This document shows positions 1-11,229 of a stretch of 64,000 nt of DNA, in pieces. The notes below the pieces were generated by a model that saw only the letters and a program-made list of their open reading frames with translations, had not been told where the DNA came from and made no database searches. Numbering within the stretch: position 1 is the first letter of the stretch; the number at the start of each line of letters is the position of its first letter. The position numbers and the translations under genes are program-made. The DNA comes from Octopus sinensis (taxonomy: Eukaryota): contig NC_043003.1 in assembly GCF_006345805.1 (NCBI RefSeq), positions 63,426,001-63,490,000 of the forward strand, in the 5' to 3' direction.

Positions 1-724
1 TACAAAAATCCTTGTATAGAACTGTGCGCTTCACAGTTCCAGCAACATAGTGTTTGGCTATTGTGCGCATGCTCACATGTCCGAGATAGGAAGCTTCATA
101 TAAGGGAGAGAGAGAGAGAGAGCACTGCGTGAACGACAGTGCCAGGTGAAAGGTAGTGTTTCTTTTTGACTCTGCGTGTGTTGTGCTTAAAAACATGTTT
201 ATATTATTGAATGTGATAAACTGTAGAATTAGATTATTATCCTGCTTCCAGCTTCAGTGTTGCTGCCAAGATTTGAAAAATAGGACACATCCTTCCCGCC
301 CGCATATTTTGTGATTTAGGGGGAACTTTTGAAAAACGAGGAGTAATTCGCGGCGGTGTTCACTGAACAAATTAAACTCACTGCCCGGCAGTGGCTAAAA
401 CGTTAACCGAACAAGTTTATGTATAAATTTTCTTTTTTATATGTTTGTTTCCTTTTACACAATATTAAAACAGCAGCTAAAACTTTTCTGGAACAGCACT
501 CCCACTAATTTTATCTACGAGCCGCCACTGGTTTTTAGGCAAATTTAGCGGGTTCAGTGACATATAGAGGTGTTTATTTCCTCGACTCGAGTGTATTGCC
601 TTAAGCGATGAGATAATTACTGCAGCTGTTTCCAATGCCAATTCACGAAATGAATCTTTACATATTCGCTCCAGTCTTTCATAATACATGGAAGACTAAA
701 TAGATGCATGAAGATTCGAAGGTC

Positions 725-1135
725 GGCGTGGTGACTAAGATAGCAGAAAAGGGTGGCCTCAGAGAGTGTGTTAACTGGAGGGGTAAAACCCGGAGTAGCA
801 TGCTGTTGGAAATTTTCAGTTTAGTTATGTGGAATAGGACACAGATTCCATCGGACAGCATGCTAAAGAATGAACAAGTAGACTTCTGTTGAAAGATAAC
901 AGAGTTTTTATAGTAACCAGATGTTTTTGTTCAAGCACATGTTATACAACAAACCGTCGAATTCAAACAACCATTGATAATGGCTTTTGTTTACCTTGAA
1001 AATATCTTTGATGGTGTATATTGGTTTACAACCTAGATGGTAGTACATCGCTTTGATTTGACTGAAAATATATATAAACCTCGTGGGTGTAACGCATCAA
1101 GTAAATGTCACGTTAGAGTAAAGAGTTGTAGTGAC
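725..1135 (+). mobile_element. Degenerate RTE-clade LINE reverse transcriptase fragment
   Basis: Broken translation KIAEKGGLRECVNWRGKT...NEQVDF...QPLIMAFVYLENIFDGV...SKCHVRV follows the RTE order KKGDLxxCxNWRGITL / EQAGF / AFVDFEKAFDSV / CxVRV. It has stops and frameshifts. Confidence 0.7.
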
Positions 1136-1140
1136 GCCAG

Positions 1141-1240
1141 GTTTAGACGCCATTTTGGGATGTTCATCTGCGCATGTACAAGGATTAGTGTCTTCCGGTA
1201 GGCCTGCCGGAAGTCCCTTATGCGCACGCGCAGTAATCAG
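1141..1240. promoter_or_regulatory. Housekeeping-type motif cluster (YY1, two ETS, NRF1); host promoter or solo-LTR promoter
   Basis: GACGCCATTTT at 1146-1156, CTTCCGG at 1192-1198, CCGGAAGT at 1207-1214 and TGCGCACGCGCA at 1221-1232, in a CpG-retaining patch. AATAAA lies at 1451-1456. Confidence 0.4.
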
Positions 1241-1559
1241 CAGCAGCTAGCTTTTACTGCTATTCTGTCTTTTGCTTCTTGCTACCGAGAGAGACAGACG
1301 TAAACCAGACAAGCTCCATGTGAAGGCGAATAGACTTGGCGAGCTGTAAAGAATGCCTTCAACAGTTGTGATTTAAACCGACTCTGCTGTTTCCTACCCC
1401 AGGCGTCCACGTTACCGATGTCCAGAGATGAAATGCTTGTTTCGGCGAAAAATAAATTATTATTGTTATTTGTTCGGAGATTCGTGTCCCTGCTATTTTT
1501 CCTTTCTACGACTATGTAAGGAGATGTGACACTCCAACAAGTGCAAATAACACATAAAA

Positions 1560-3110
1560 TCCTACACAGTTATTCTGTCCTTCCGTTTTTCTTCCTGGTT
1601 AGTCATAATCATTTTTTCTTTCTATATTGTTCTCAATCAAATAGGCTTAGGTTTTCTTCTTCTGGTACATAGGGTCATCTCTTTTACTACTCGTCCTTTT
1701 AGCCATTTTTCCGAAGCACGTACCCACGCCATTACCATCTACTCTTCATTATTTTTCATCAATACTTGGCGCATTTGTAATGTCTAGAACCACTTCGTTT
1801 CTTGCAAACATGTACCATTTGATGCCAAAGATTCTACGTAACACTCATTTTTAAATCCCCAAAACGATTAGCTGTATTATCTTCCAATATTCTTTTCTAC
1901 TCTAGACACAAGATCCGAAATTTTTGGGGAGGGGGCCAGTTGATTAGATTGACCTCAGTACGCAACTGGTACTTAATTTATCGACCTCGAAATAATGAAA
2001 GGCAAAGTCAACCTCAGCGGAATTTGAACTCAGAACGTAAAGACAGACGAAATACCTGTTTCTTTACTACCCACATGGGGCTAAACACAGAGAGGACAAA
2101 CAACGACAGACAAAGGGATTAGGTCGATTACATCGACCGCAGTGCGTAACTGGTACTTATTTAATCGACCCCGAAAAAATGAAAGACAAAATCGACCTTG
2201 GCGGAATTTGAACTCAGAACGTAGCGGCAGACGAAATACCGCTAGGCATTTCGTCCGACGTGCTAATGATTCTGCCAGCTCGCCGCCTTTTTCTTCCAAT
2301 ATTCCAATTTATCTTCCAATATTATCTACCATATATTCTTTCTATCTTTCTAATATTTGAACTCAGAACGTAAAGAGCCGGAAAAAAACTAGCGTTAACG
2401 AGTCTACCAATTCGCCGATTTGCATTTTCTAGCATATATGAAAACACTTCTTACAAATGGTGTTTACAGTTTATATTCCATATGAATTAGCGATCTATGT
2501 TATTTCCACTCATCTGAAAACATTTTCGCTGCTTGAATTGTCTTCTTAAATTCTTCATCGAATCTAGTTTCATCACCTTCTCCTGCTCATTCAATGGCAC
2601 ATTTCTTCTGCCTGCTCAGTTTTCATGATTCTAGTTTTATTGACTGTTTTTTCAGCTTACACCTAAGCTATATAATCTTTGTATGTTTAATGTTTTGTTA
2701 CTAAACAAAACAATATCATCTGCATAATCTAGCTACACCAAACGCATCTTATAAATTTATTCGACTCCTTGACTTCCATCTCCGACTGTCTTTTTTTGTT
2801 TGTTTTTCTTTTCTTTTTTTTATTGTTCGCGAAGTAATTTATCAGAATGGTAAATAAGAGACGTTATAAAACATCTCCCTGCAGCCTTTCATTCCCAACT
2901 TCAAATTAATAAGGAAGCTGACGGTTTGCTCTCACTCGGCATTTATTCTATGTATTACAACCATTATTTTAACATGCTTTTCCAACAAATCATATCGACG
3001 TGCTACCATCAAGGCTGTAACTCTATATTCACTATCAAAACCCTTTCCAATGTCCACAAAATCCAGTAAAAAAATGTCTGAATTTAACGTAGTTGTATTG
3101 TCTTTTATCC
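1560..3110 (-). mobile_element. Old RTE LINE: RT core and C-terminus, interrupted by SINEs
   Basis: Minus-strand translation gives DFVDIGKGFDS (about 3010-3050), LDYADDIVLF (YADD at 2715-2726) and a WRGYVLRK-type C-terminal motif near 1700-1750. Many stops. Confidence 0.75.
1905..2287 (-). mobile_element. Two adjacent tRNA-derived SINE copies (octopus OK-like family A), one partial and one full
   Basis: Reverse complement starts GGCGGCGAGCTGGCAGAATCATTAGCAC, has the B-box-like GTTCTGAGTTCAAATTCC and the family body TTTCATTTTTTCGGGGTCGATTAAATAAGTACCAG. Confidence 0.85.
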
Positions 3111-3271
3111 CTTATCAATCAATGGACTGCAGCCAAGCTGGGGCACCGCTTCGAACAGTTTTAGTCGAACAGATCAACCTCAGTACTCTCTGTCTGTCTG
3201 GGTGTGTGTGTCTCTCTCTCCCCCTCTTTCTCTCTCTCCCTCTCTCTCTCCCTCTCTCTCTCTCTCTCTCG

Positions 3272-3305
<34 letters not shown>

Positions 3306-3537
3306 AAATAAGCAACAAGGATATCCAGAGGTAATGCAGTACGATCGTTTCATGCAACTTCATTTAATTGAACAGATGGACACATTAGTATAATTATACC
3401 TAAAATCTCCAAGAAGTTAAGGAGATAGACAAAGAACGTGTTGTACCTACAACAGCATAGCCGTAACTAAAATTTTCACGAAGACACTGCCTGTCTTTGA
3501 TTTTTTTTATGGAGTCATTTCTAATTTATAGACTAAT

Positions 3538-3581
3538 TTATCAAATCCCTTGTATATTTAAATATACAAGGGATTTGATAA
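3538..3581. repeat. Perfect 44-bp palindrome at the 5' junction of the Penelope element
   Basis: TTATCAAATCCCTTGTATATTTAAATATACAAGGGATTTGATAA equals its own reverse complement. Confidence 0.95.
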
Positions 3582-3665
3582 ACTAGCCGCCGACCATCCC
3601 ACTGGACGCCAGCTCCCGACCAGTTCCAAGCAGTTGATCATTTTGCAGGCATCTGTCAACGTGTT

Positions 3666-4729
3666 GTGGACCGGTTTAACTTTCGCAGGCGCCCCCGACA
3701 TCTGAACATCTCCCCAGCCGAACTCTCGGCTCTTCGGTGTCTCCGACGTTGCAATTACATTATCATAAAACCGTCCGACAAGGGTGGAGCCGTGGTTGTG
3801 TGGCACGCGGACCTCTACAAGGCTGAAGCTCTCCGCCAACTTCAAGACACCTCCTTCTACTGCCCTCTGCCTGTCAACCCCGCGCCAAGCTACCAACAGA
3901 CGGTATCCTCCACTGTCCATGACCTCATCTCCTCCCGTCTCCCTCCCACCGTCTCCAACCTCATTGTCCGCACTCCTCGCAACCCCACCATTTACTTCCT
4001 TCCCCAAATCCATAAACCCAACAACTCTGGCCGCCCCATCGTCTCCGCCTGTAACTGCCCACGGAACTCATCTCTAAATACCTCGACCGTGTCCTTGACC
4101 CCACCCAGTGGGTTCTCCCCTCACACAGCCACAACACTAACTATGCTCTTCGTCTCTTCAACCCTTTCTCCTTCCCTCTTGGCCCCTCTAAACTTCTCTT
4201 CACTCTTGATATCAAGAGTCTATATACGGCGATTCCACACCACGAAGGGCTTCTTGCCCTCAAACACTTCCAAGACCTTCGATCCAACCCCCAACCTGAC
4301 CTCCACACTTCGTCTGGCTGAACTTGTTCTCTCCTTCGACTGCTTCTCAACAACTCGGGAGTGTCCATGGGAACGTGAATGGGCCCCAACTATGCGAACC
4401 TGTTCGTTGGCTATGTTAAGACCCAAATATTTTCAAGATTCACTGGTCCCACTCCCGAACTATACGGTCGCTATATTTATGACTGCATCAGTGCGACCTC
4501 GCTATCTCGCGAACAACTAGACTCCTTCCTCTCTTTTTTCCAATCTTTCCATCCTGCCCTCGAATTCTCCTGCACTATTTCCAACAATACCGTCGCCTTT
4601 CTCGACATTTCGGTCAATATACACAACTCCACTCTCACTACCTCTATCCACTACAAACACACTGACTCACACTCATACCTCAACTTCTCCTCCTCCCACC
4701 CTACCAACATCAAACTCTCCATCCCCTAG
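3666..4729 (+). pseudogene. Penelope reverse transcriptase, split over ORFs 3666-4520 and 4379-4729
   Basis: Motifs lie in different frames, and the catalytic YIDD appears as YIYD. Confidence 0.85.
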
Positions 4730-5099
4730 TCCTAATTCCTCCGTCGGCGCAGGCGCTGCAGTGACAACCATGACTTTGAGACTCAGTCTCAATTCATGGC
4801 TCACCACTTCATCCTTCGTGGATATCCCCTTACCACTATTCACACCACCCTTGCCAGAGCATTTCCGTGGACCGTGCCTCTACTCTCGCTCCCTGCACCC
4901 GCCCCGCCGCTACCCGTCTCCCGTTTCCCCTCACCTACCACCAATCCACCATGCCTCTTCAATGCACCATTCCCCGAGCCTTCCGGCGACACCAGACCGA
5001 CCCCTCCACTTCGCACGTCTTCCCCAACCTACTCTTCCCCTCCTACAAACAAGCCCACAACTTATGTGACCTCCTGGGCTATAGTTTCTTCCCTAACCC

Positions 5100-5480
5100 C
5101 ACCTCACAACCTGGGTCGTTCCCCTGCTCCCGCCCACGCTGCTGCACTTGCCCCTACCTCTCCAACACCCCCATCCTCACAGGCACCCATCATCGTCCCT
5201 ATCATATCACTGACTCCTTTACATGCACTTCTAGCAACGTCATTTACTGCATCTCCTGCTCTTTCCGTCCTTCTCTGTACATCGGTCAAATGGGACGCCT
5301 CTTAGCTGACCGGTTCGCGGAGCACATCCGAGACATTAGACTTGGCAACAACACCCCAGTCTCGCGCCATTTCTGCTCTACTGGTCATTCATTACAACAC
5401 CTGTCTGTGTGTGGATTGTCTTTGCACAGAAGCCATCCTGACACCCGCCTTCACCGTGAACAGAAATTAATCTTCTCCCC
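5100..5480 (+). pseudogene. Penelope GIY-YIG endonuclease domain
   Basis: Within ORF 4867-5793: FTCTSSNVIYCISCSFRPSLYIGQMGRLLADRFAEHIRDIR...PVSRHF...REQKLIF. Confidence 0.88.
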
Positions 5481-6071
5481 TGTCGCTCCTTTGCGCCACA
5501 TGGACACAACTCCCCTCCTCTCTTCATCTCACACCTACTCCCTTTCTTCACTCCTACCCACCTTCACCCTTCATCGTTACTCACCCCTACCCATCTCAAT
5601 ACCACCACGCTATCCCCCACACATCACACTCTCACATACTCTACCCCTACCCCACATCCTCACCCCAAACCCACACCCCACCCTCACATCCCCACATCTC
5701 ACCCTCGCATTCCCATACCTCAACACCGCCACACCACACACCATCACACCACATCACACCACTCGGCACACACTAGCACTAACCACTTCCTAGTACCCTC
5801 ACCATCATCCACACACCCACACATTAAAAATGCACACACTTATTGCGCACAAATCCACACGTCAAAGTTACCAGCCCCTATCCACACGCACACACTTACA
5901 CACTCTCACATACAAACGCACACGCACCTTCGTTTTGGGATCATCAATACTTTATTATCTCCCCTTCCTCCTAGCTCTCCTGTCTGACTACCTCCGTCCA
6001 GTCAGCCGCCATGATTGACCGATAACTCCAAAAGTTTTATTTTTATTATCTCTGTTCATTTCTTCGTATTC

Positions 6072-6107
6072 CTTTCTATTGAAGAGTGTAGGCTCGAAAC
6101 GTAAAAC
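6072..6107 (+). ncRNA. Degenerate minimal type I hammerhead-like motif at the Penelope 3' end
   Basis: ttt-CTATTGA-A-GAGT(GTAG)GCTC-GAAAC-GTA-aaa: stems I and II plus a palindromic ACGT stem III. G5 and A6 are non-canonical. Confidence 0.5.
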
Positions 6108-6191
6108 TTTCTCACCTTCCTGAGCGTTAAACTAATACACCTGCTTGTTGTTTATACACCTGTCTTCGTCTTTTGTTTCTCTATAAATTTC

Positions 6192-6278
<87 letters not shown>

Positions 6279-7171
6279 GATGTGTGTGTATATATATATA
6301 TATATGCAAAGATGAGCTTCCTCACAGTTTCCAGTTTCCGTCAACCAAATCTACTCCCAAGACATTAGTAGACCTGGGATTATTGTAGACTCGCTCAGGC
6401 TACCACACAGTGGGAGTGAACCCGAGACCACACGGTTGCAATGCCCTGTCTGTGCCTATTACACGGTTGAGCAAAATATTATCTCGTCACCAAAAACCGT
6501 GTGATTGTTGAAAGACTGCCTGTTCACTCTTTAGTATAATTTACGATAGAAACTGCATCCTATATTGCAGATAGCTGAACTAAATACATCCAACGGTATG
6601 ATGCTCAGGTTATACCCTTGCAATTACTACACACTCTAAGATCACCCTTTATTTCTATCTTAGTCATCTCATCGACCTTCCAATCATATTTTCAATCTTC
6701 TATATATTATCAAACAGCTTCAATGATATCTTATTGAAGACGCACGTTCTTATCTGGTTTTAGTACTTCTACAATATCACCTAATCCAGAATAGCTAATT
6801 GCTCAATAGCTCTTGTTATTTCTTCAACAGATAATTCATGTTTAGTTACTTTCATCTCCTCTTGTGATTCAGGAATTACCAGAGCAGTTCTTCCATTAAA
6901 CGCTTTGCTCATGATTGCATTTAAAATGTTCTTTCCATTTTTCTTTGATGCTAAAGTCTTATATCAAATGATATTAGATCTCTGGAGTAGCGTGGGATGC
7001 GTGGATTACAAAGGGAGACCACCTTGTATATGAGCGCTTGCTGCAGTCAGAGGTAAGCAACGTTTAAAGAATGAGAGACCAATTTGGCTGTCTCGCGGGG
7101 CGGCCAAAAGCCATGCAACACCACTGTATCAGATACTCGTAATTTTCATTCCCTGTAATCTCACTTATTAA

Positions 7172-7385
7172 GGCAACGAGCTGGAAGAAACGTTAGCACG
7201 CCGGACAAATGCTTAGCAGCATTTCTTCTGCCTCTTTACGTTCTGAGTTCAAATCCTATCGAACCTAACTTTGCCTTTCATCCCTTCAGAGTCGATAAAA
7301 TAAAGTACTAGTCAAGTATTGAGGTCGGTGTGGTCAACTTTCCCCTTCCCCTCAAAATCATTGGCCTTGAACCATACAACAGACC
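7172..7385 (+). mobile_element. SINE family A (OK-like)
   Basis: GGCAACGAGCTGGAAGAAACGTTAGCAC head, GTTCTGAGTTCAAATCC B-box and the family body. Confidence 0.8.
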
Positions 7386-7824
7386 AGGGGGATTGTTATA
7401 ATCTCGGCCACTTATACGCCATGGAAACCGAGTAGCCGGCATTATGAGTCTTAACACTCAAAAAAAAAAAAAAAAGAAACAAACAAACAAAAAACATTAT
7501 TTCATAAGCTTTTATTGAGTAACTTAACTGCTTCACCAACTTTTACTTCCAACCATCTTTCACTCCCAAGAATCTTCTTTTATCTCTTCTCGAACACCAT
7601 TTCCTCTTCTTTTTTTTTTGCGACACCAATATCTAGCTATTTCCACTTTAAGATTCATCTTATTCCCTCTCCAAATTTCAAATAGTTTTTGCTTTTTCGT
7701 ACTTCAGTGAATTACCACGTTTCATTGTTAAATCATTTTTTCATTTTATTTTTCTTCTACCCAGAACATTTTTGGCCACGTTCTTGTATACTTCCTTTAC
7801 AGTTTTCCACGCACCGTTGGTTTC

Positions 7825-8010
7825 TTATTTCTTTATTGCCCACAAGGGGCTAAACCTAGAGGGGACAAACAAGGACAGACAAAAGGATTAAGTCGATTAC
7901 ATCGACCCCAGTGCGTAACTGGTACTTAATTTATCGACCCCCGAAAGGATGGAAGGCAAAGTCGACCTCGGCGGAATTTGAACTCAGTACGTAAAGACAG
8001 GCGAATCCAC
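7825..8010 (-). mobile_element. SINE family A, 5'-truncated
   Basis: Close match to the copy at 2058-2287. Confidence 0.8.
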
Positions 8011-8719
8011 GCACCATTGGTTTCTATAACACATTAAATTAAAGCTTCCAGTTTTACAATCCAGTGTAGGGCTGATATCCCTACCTATAAAAAACAAGTT
8101 ACTGAAGCATCAATGACAATCAATGAAAAAGGGCCGAGTAGGGATCAGTGAAGAAACGTTGTCCATATGCTCCGTAGGAAGTGAAGGACTTAAAGAAGGG
8201 TTCTTTTTAAAGGGACTACCTCTTCTGGTAAGATTGTTGGCAGCGCAGAATCTTATACCATTTACAGTGGCATCTCAAAAACCATCTGTATCTATCAGCA
8301 ATTCCAGAATTTCGTTGTTACAGCCAGCTTTCATATTAAAATCACCAATCACAATTTCCATATCCCTCGCTTGTTTACTATCAACTCCATCTTCATAATA
8401 TAATTAGTCGAAAGAACCTTTTTCTTAATCGCTTGCATTATTTCATGAAGCGTAACAATATAGATGATATTGCTTTGCTTATCTCTGAGTTTCATTAAAA
8501 TCATTCTACAATTAGTAGAAAATAATATTCTTGAGGTTTTTTTTCTTTTTATTCAGAAGCAAGCCGATTCCATCTCTCTCCATAAAATCTTCTATTTTGG
8601 AGATCAAAAATATATTACGTTCTGTTATAATAATTTGATACATCCCAATCTAATCTTATTCGGTACTCTTCTATTTATTGGCAGCCAATTTTTTATCAAT
8701 TTACTAAAAGATTACTATT

Positions 8720-8925
8720 TTTACTCTTTTACTTGTTTCAGTCATTTGACTGCGGCCATGCTGGAGTACTGCCTTTAGTCGAACTAATCGACCCCAGGAT
8801 TTATTCTTTGTAAGCCTAGTACTTATTCTATCGGTTCTCTTTTGCCGAACCGCTAAGTTATGGAGACGTAAATACACCAACGTCAGTTGTCAAGCGATAG
8901 GTGGGGGGAGCAAACACAGACACAA
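8720..8925 (-). mobile_element. SINE family B, 3' half
   Basis: CTCTTTTACTTGTTTCAGTCATTTGACTGCGGCCATGCTGGAG tail, shared with the full copies at 12826, 14889 and 49983. Confidence 0.8.
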
Positions 8926-8962
8926 AAATATACAAATACACCCCCCCACACACACACAAATA

Positions 8963-10203
8963 CAGGGGTTGTACAAAATAATGGAAACACCTTCAAATTT
9001 CAAGCAAATTTATTTTAATATGGAGTAGGACCACTTTTGGCAGTAATTACAGCTTGAATTCTACGAGGTATGGACTCGTACAATGTTTGAATTGTTTCCA
9101 AAGGAATTTTTGTCCATTCTTCAGCTAAAACAGCCACCAGTTCTTGTAATGATGATGGTGGAGGATATCGACTCCTTACTTGTTTTTCTAAAATGCACCA
9201 TACATGTTCAATAATATTGAGATCTGGGGACTGTGGCGGCCAGATAAGATGTTCAACTTCACTAGAATGTTCCTCGTGCCATTGAGTAACAACTTTAGCT
9301 GTGTGAATTGGTGAATTATGATCCTGAAAGATTGCGTTTAAATCCGGAAACAGTTCCGCAACCATAGGATTAATTTGATTAAATAAAATGCTCAAATAGT
9401 CTTGACTATTAACTCTGCCATGGAGGGAAACCATTGGGTCGGCGGATTTCGAAGATATACCACCCCACTCCTGATCATCACAGATCCTCCTCCATGTTTA
9501 ACAGTTAGAAGAAGACAGTCTGGGTCTTTTGGCTGTCTCCACACGTATACTTGGCCGGTGGTCGGAAATAAGGTAAAGGATGAATCGTCCGAGAAAATAA
9601 CATACTTTCGCTGCTCTAGGGACCAATTCTGTAGGTTTTTACACCACTCTAAACGCTTTGCAACGTTTGTTTTTGAAAGTTGTGTTTTTCTGATTGTAGT
9701 CCCCTCATGAGATCCGACTTTGTGCAGCTCCCATCGAACAGTTTTTGTGGAAACTGGGTTCTCGAGGTGGTCATTAAGCTTTGCAGTAATTTTGGGAGCT
9801 GTACTCTTGTGATCCTTCCTAACAATTCGTGTAAGAGTCTGACGGTTCCGGAATTTTGTTTCGACGAGGAGGTTTTTTCCCCCTTTCTTAAAGGCTGTCA
9901 ATACTTTCGAGACAGTACTTCTTGATACACCAAACATTTCGGCTGTTTTCGTTATGCTAGCGCCTGCCATACGAGCACCAACAATTTCACCACTTTGAAA
10001 GTCCGATAGATTTGTCATTTTAATGAATTTTAATTACCTTTTTCTGGTGATATCTGAAAAGAAACAGCAATTTTAGCAAAACGTATTAAGCAACACTAAT
10101 AATAAAAAAAACATAAAAATAAACAGGGTTTGGCGGTTTTATAGATATTTCAAAATTATGATGCTAAGATACTAGATGTTTCCATTAATTTGTCCAACCC
10201 CTG
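8963..10203 (-). mobile_element. Full-length Tc1-type transposon with DD36E spacing, defective
   Basis: About 30-bp TIRs CAGGGGTTG(T/G)ACAAA(A/T)TAATGGAAACA with a TA target on both sides. The transposase is split over ORFs 9392-10018 and 9015-9434: VIFSDDSSF, FQDHNSPIH (second D changed to H) and SPDLNIIEH, with 36 residues between the second D position and E. Confidence 0.95.
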
Positions 10204-10226
10204 TATGTATATATACATACATACAT

Positions 10227-10286
<60 letters not shown>

Positions 10287-10296
10287 ATGTATATAT

Positions 10297-10535
10297 AATT
10301 TATAAAAATATGGTAAAGTAAAAAAATTCACTTTACCACACACCGAACTTTTCAGAAATAGCAGCCAAAAATTTGGCTATTTCTTCAACTGCAAATAAAA
10401 GTCTCCAGACAATGCATACTCAGCTGGAGACTTTTATTTGCAGTTGAAGAAATACCCAAATTTTTGGCTGCTATTTCTGAAAAGTTCGGTGTGTGGTAAA
10501 GTGAATTTTTTTACTTTACCATATTTTTATAAATT
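10297..10535. repeat. Fold-back inverted repeat: 112-bp arms, 15-bp spacer
   Basis: 10297-10408 is the reverse complement of 10424-10535 with one mismatch by manual comparison. Confidence 0.95.
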
Positions 10536-10675
10536 AATACTTCAAATATACCGTAAATGGTCTTTACATACCGAATACTGCTTGGTCGAATTTATTAACA
10601 ATTAATTAATTCTACCCCTTTTTTTGATGACTATATGTATATATATATATGTATATATATATATATTTTTTTACA

Positions 10676-10838
10676 CGACGGACTTCTTTCAGTTTCCGTC
10701 TACCAAATCCACTCACAAGGCTATGGTCGGTCGGAGGCTATAGTAAAAGACACTTGCTCAAGATGCCACGCAGTGGGACTGAACCCGGAACCATGTGGCT
10801 GGTAAGCAAGTTACTTACCACACAGCCACTCCTGCACC
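10676..10838 (-). mobile_element. SINE family B, 5' half (tRNA-like head)
   Basis: Reverse complement reads GGTGCAGGAGTGGCTGTGTGGTAAGTAACTTGCTTACCAGCCACATGGTTCCGGGTTCAGTCCC. Confidence 0.8.
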
Positions 10839-10956
10839 TCATAAGACTGACGTAATATTTGAACGCCGGATTTTCGGAATATCACTAACTCATGGAGAAA
10901 GAAATGGTTAAGAATTGTAAGATTGTTTGATAGTTTATTTACTAATTTTTTTAAGT

Positions 10957-11205
10957 GGAGGCACGTGGCTTAGTGGTTAGGGTGTTGGACTCATGATGTT
11001 AAGATTGTGGTTTCGATTTTTGGGCCAGGTGACGCATTGTGTTCTTGAGCAAAGCACTTCATTTCACGTTGCTCCAGTCCACTCAGTTGGCAAAAGTGAG
11101 AAATCGTGCAACAGACTGGTGTCCCGTTCAGGCGGGGAATATATACATCATGGAAGCCGGGTAACCGGCCCTTATGAATTTATCTATGACTCGGGAAGGA
11201 ACTTC
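10957..11205 (+). mobile_element. tRNA-derived CORE-type SINE (OR-like family C)
   Basis: A-box TGGCTTAGTGG and B-box-like GGTTTCGATT, followed by the CORE-like GTGTTCTTGAGCAAAGCACTTCATTTCACGTTGCTCCAGTCCACTCAG. Confidence 0.75.
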
Positions 11206-11229
11206 ACTTTTTACTAATAATCCTTTTGT

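Larger units (their letters stand above)
3582..6195 (+). mobile_element. Penelope-like retroelement (RT + GIY-YIG), 5'-truncated and frameshifted
   Basis: RT motifs IIIKPSDKGGAVVVW, FLPQIHKPNNSGRPIVS, MGPNYANLFVG and YGRYIYDC, then CSRPRCCTC and NVIYCISC...LYIGQMGR...RFAEH. The 3' region carries a hammerhead-like motif and ends in (TA)n. Confidence 0.92.
6480..8715 (-). mobile_element. Upstream parts of the old RTE LINE (pre-RT region, linker, APE endonuclease), with SINE insertions
   Basis: CSNCKGIT near 6610-6640, SRRDKRRF near 7560-7590, DMEIVIGDFNMKAG at about 8320-8365 (GDFN motif) and DGIGLLLNKK near 8550-8580. Confidence 0.65.

Noticed and set aside
60-160. TGCGCATGCTC, TATATAAG and AAG|GTAGTG as a promoter and first exon
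   Set aside because: It is at the window edge with a single weak motif set and could equally be transposon or LTR interior, so it cannot be supported.
1097-1153. Minus-strand CAAAATGGCG as a start codon (MASKPGVTT...)
   Set aside because: A stop follows after 18 codons, there is no strong donor, and the region overlaps antisense RTE homology.
6978-7052. 75-nt open segment (ISGVAWDAWITKGDHLVYERLLQSE) ending in GAG|GTAAGC
   Set aside because: The acceptor has no pyrimidine tract, the segment lies inside LINE debris and no family was recognised.
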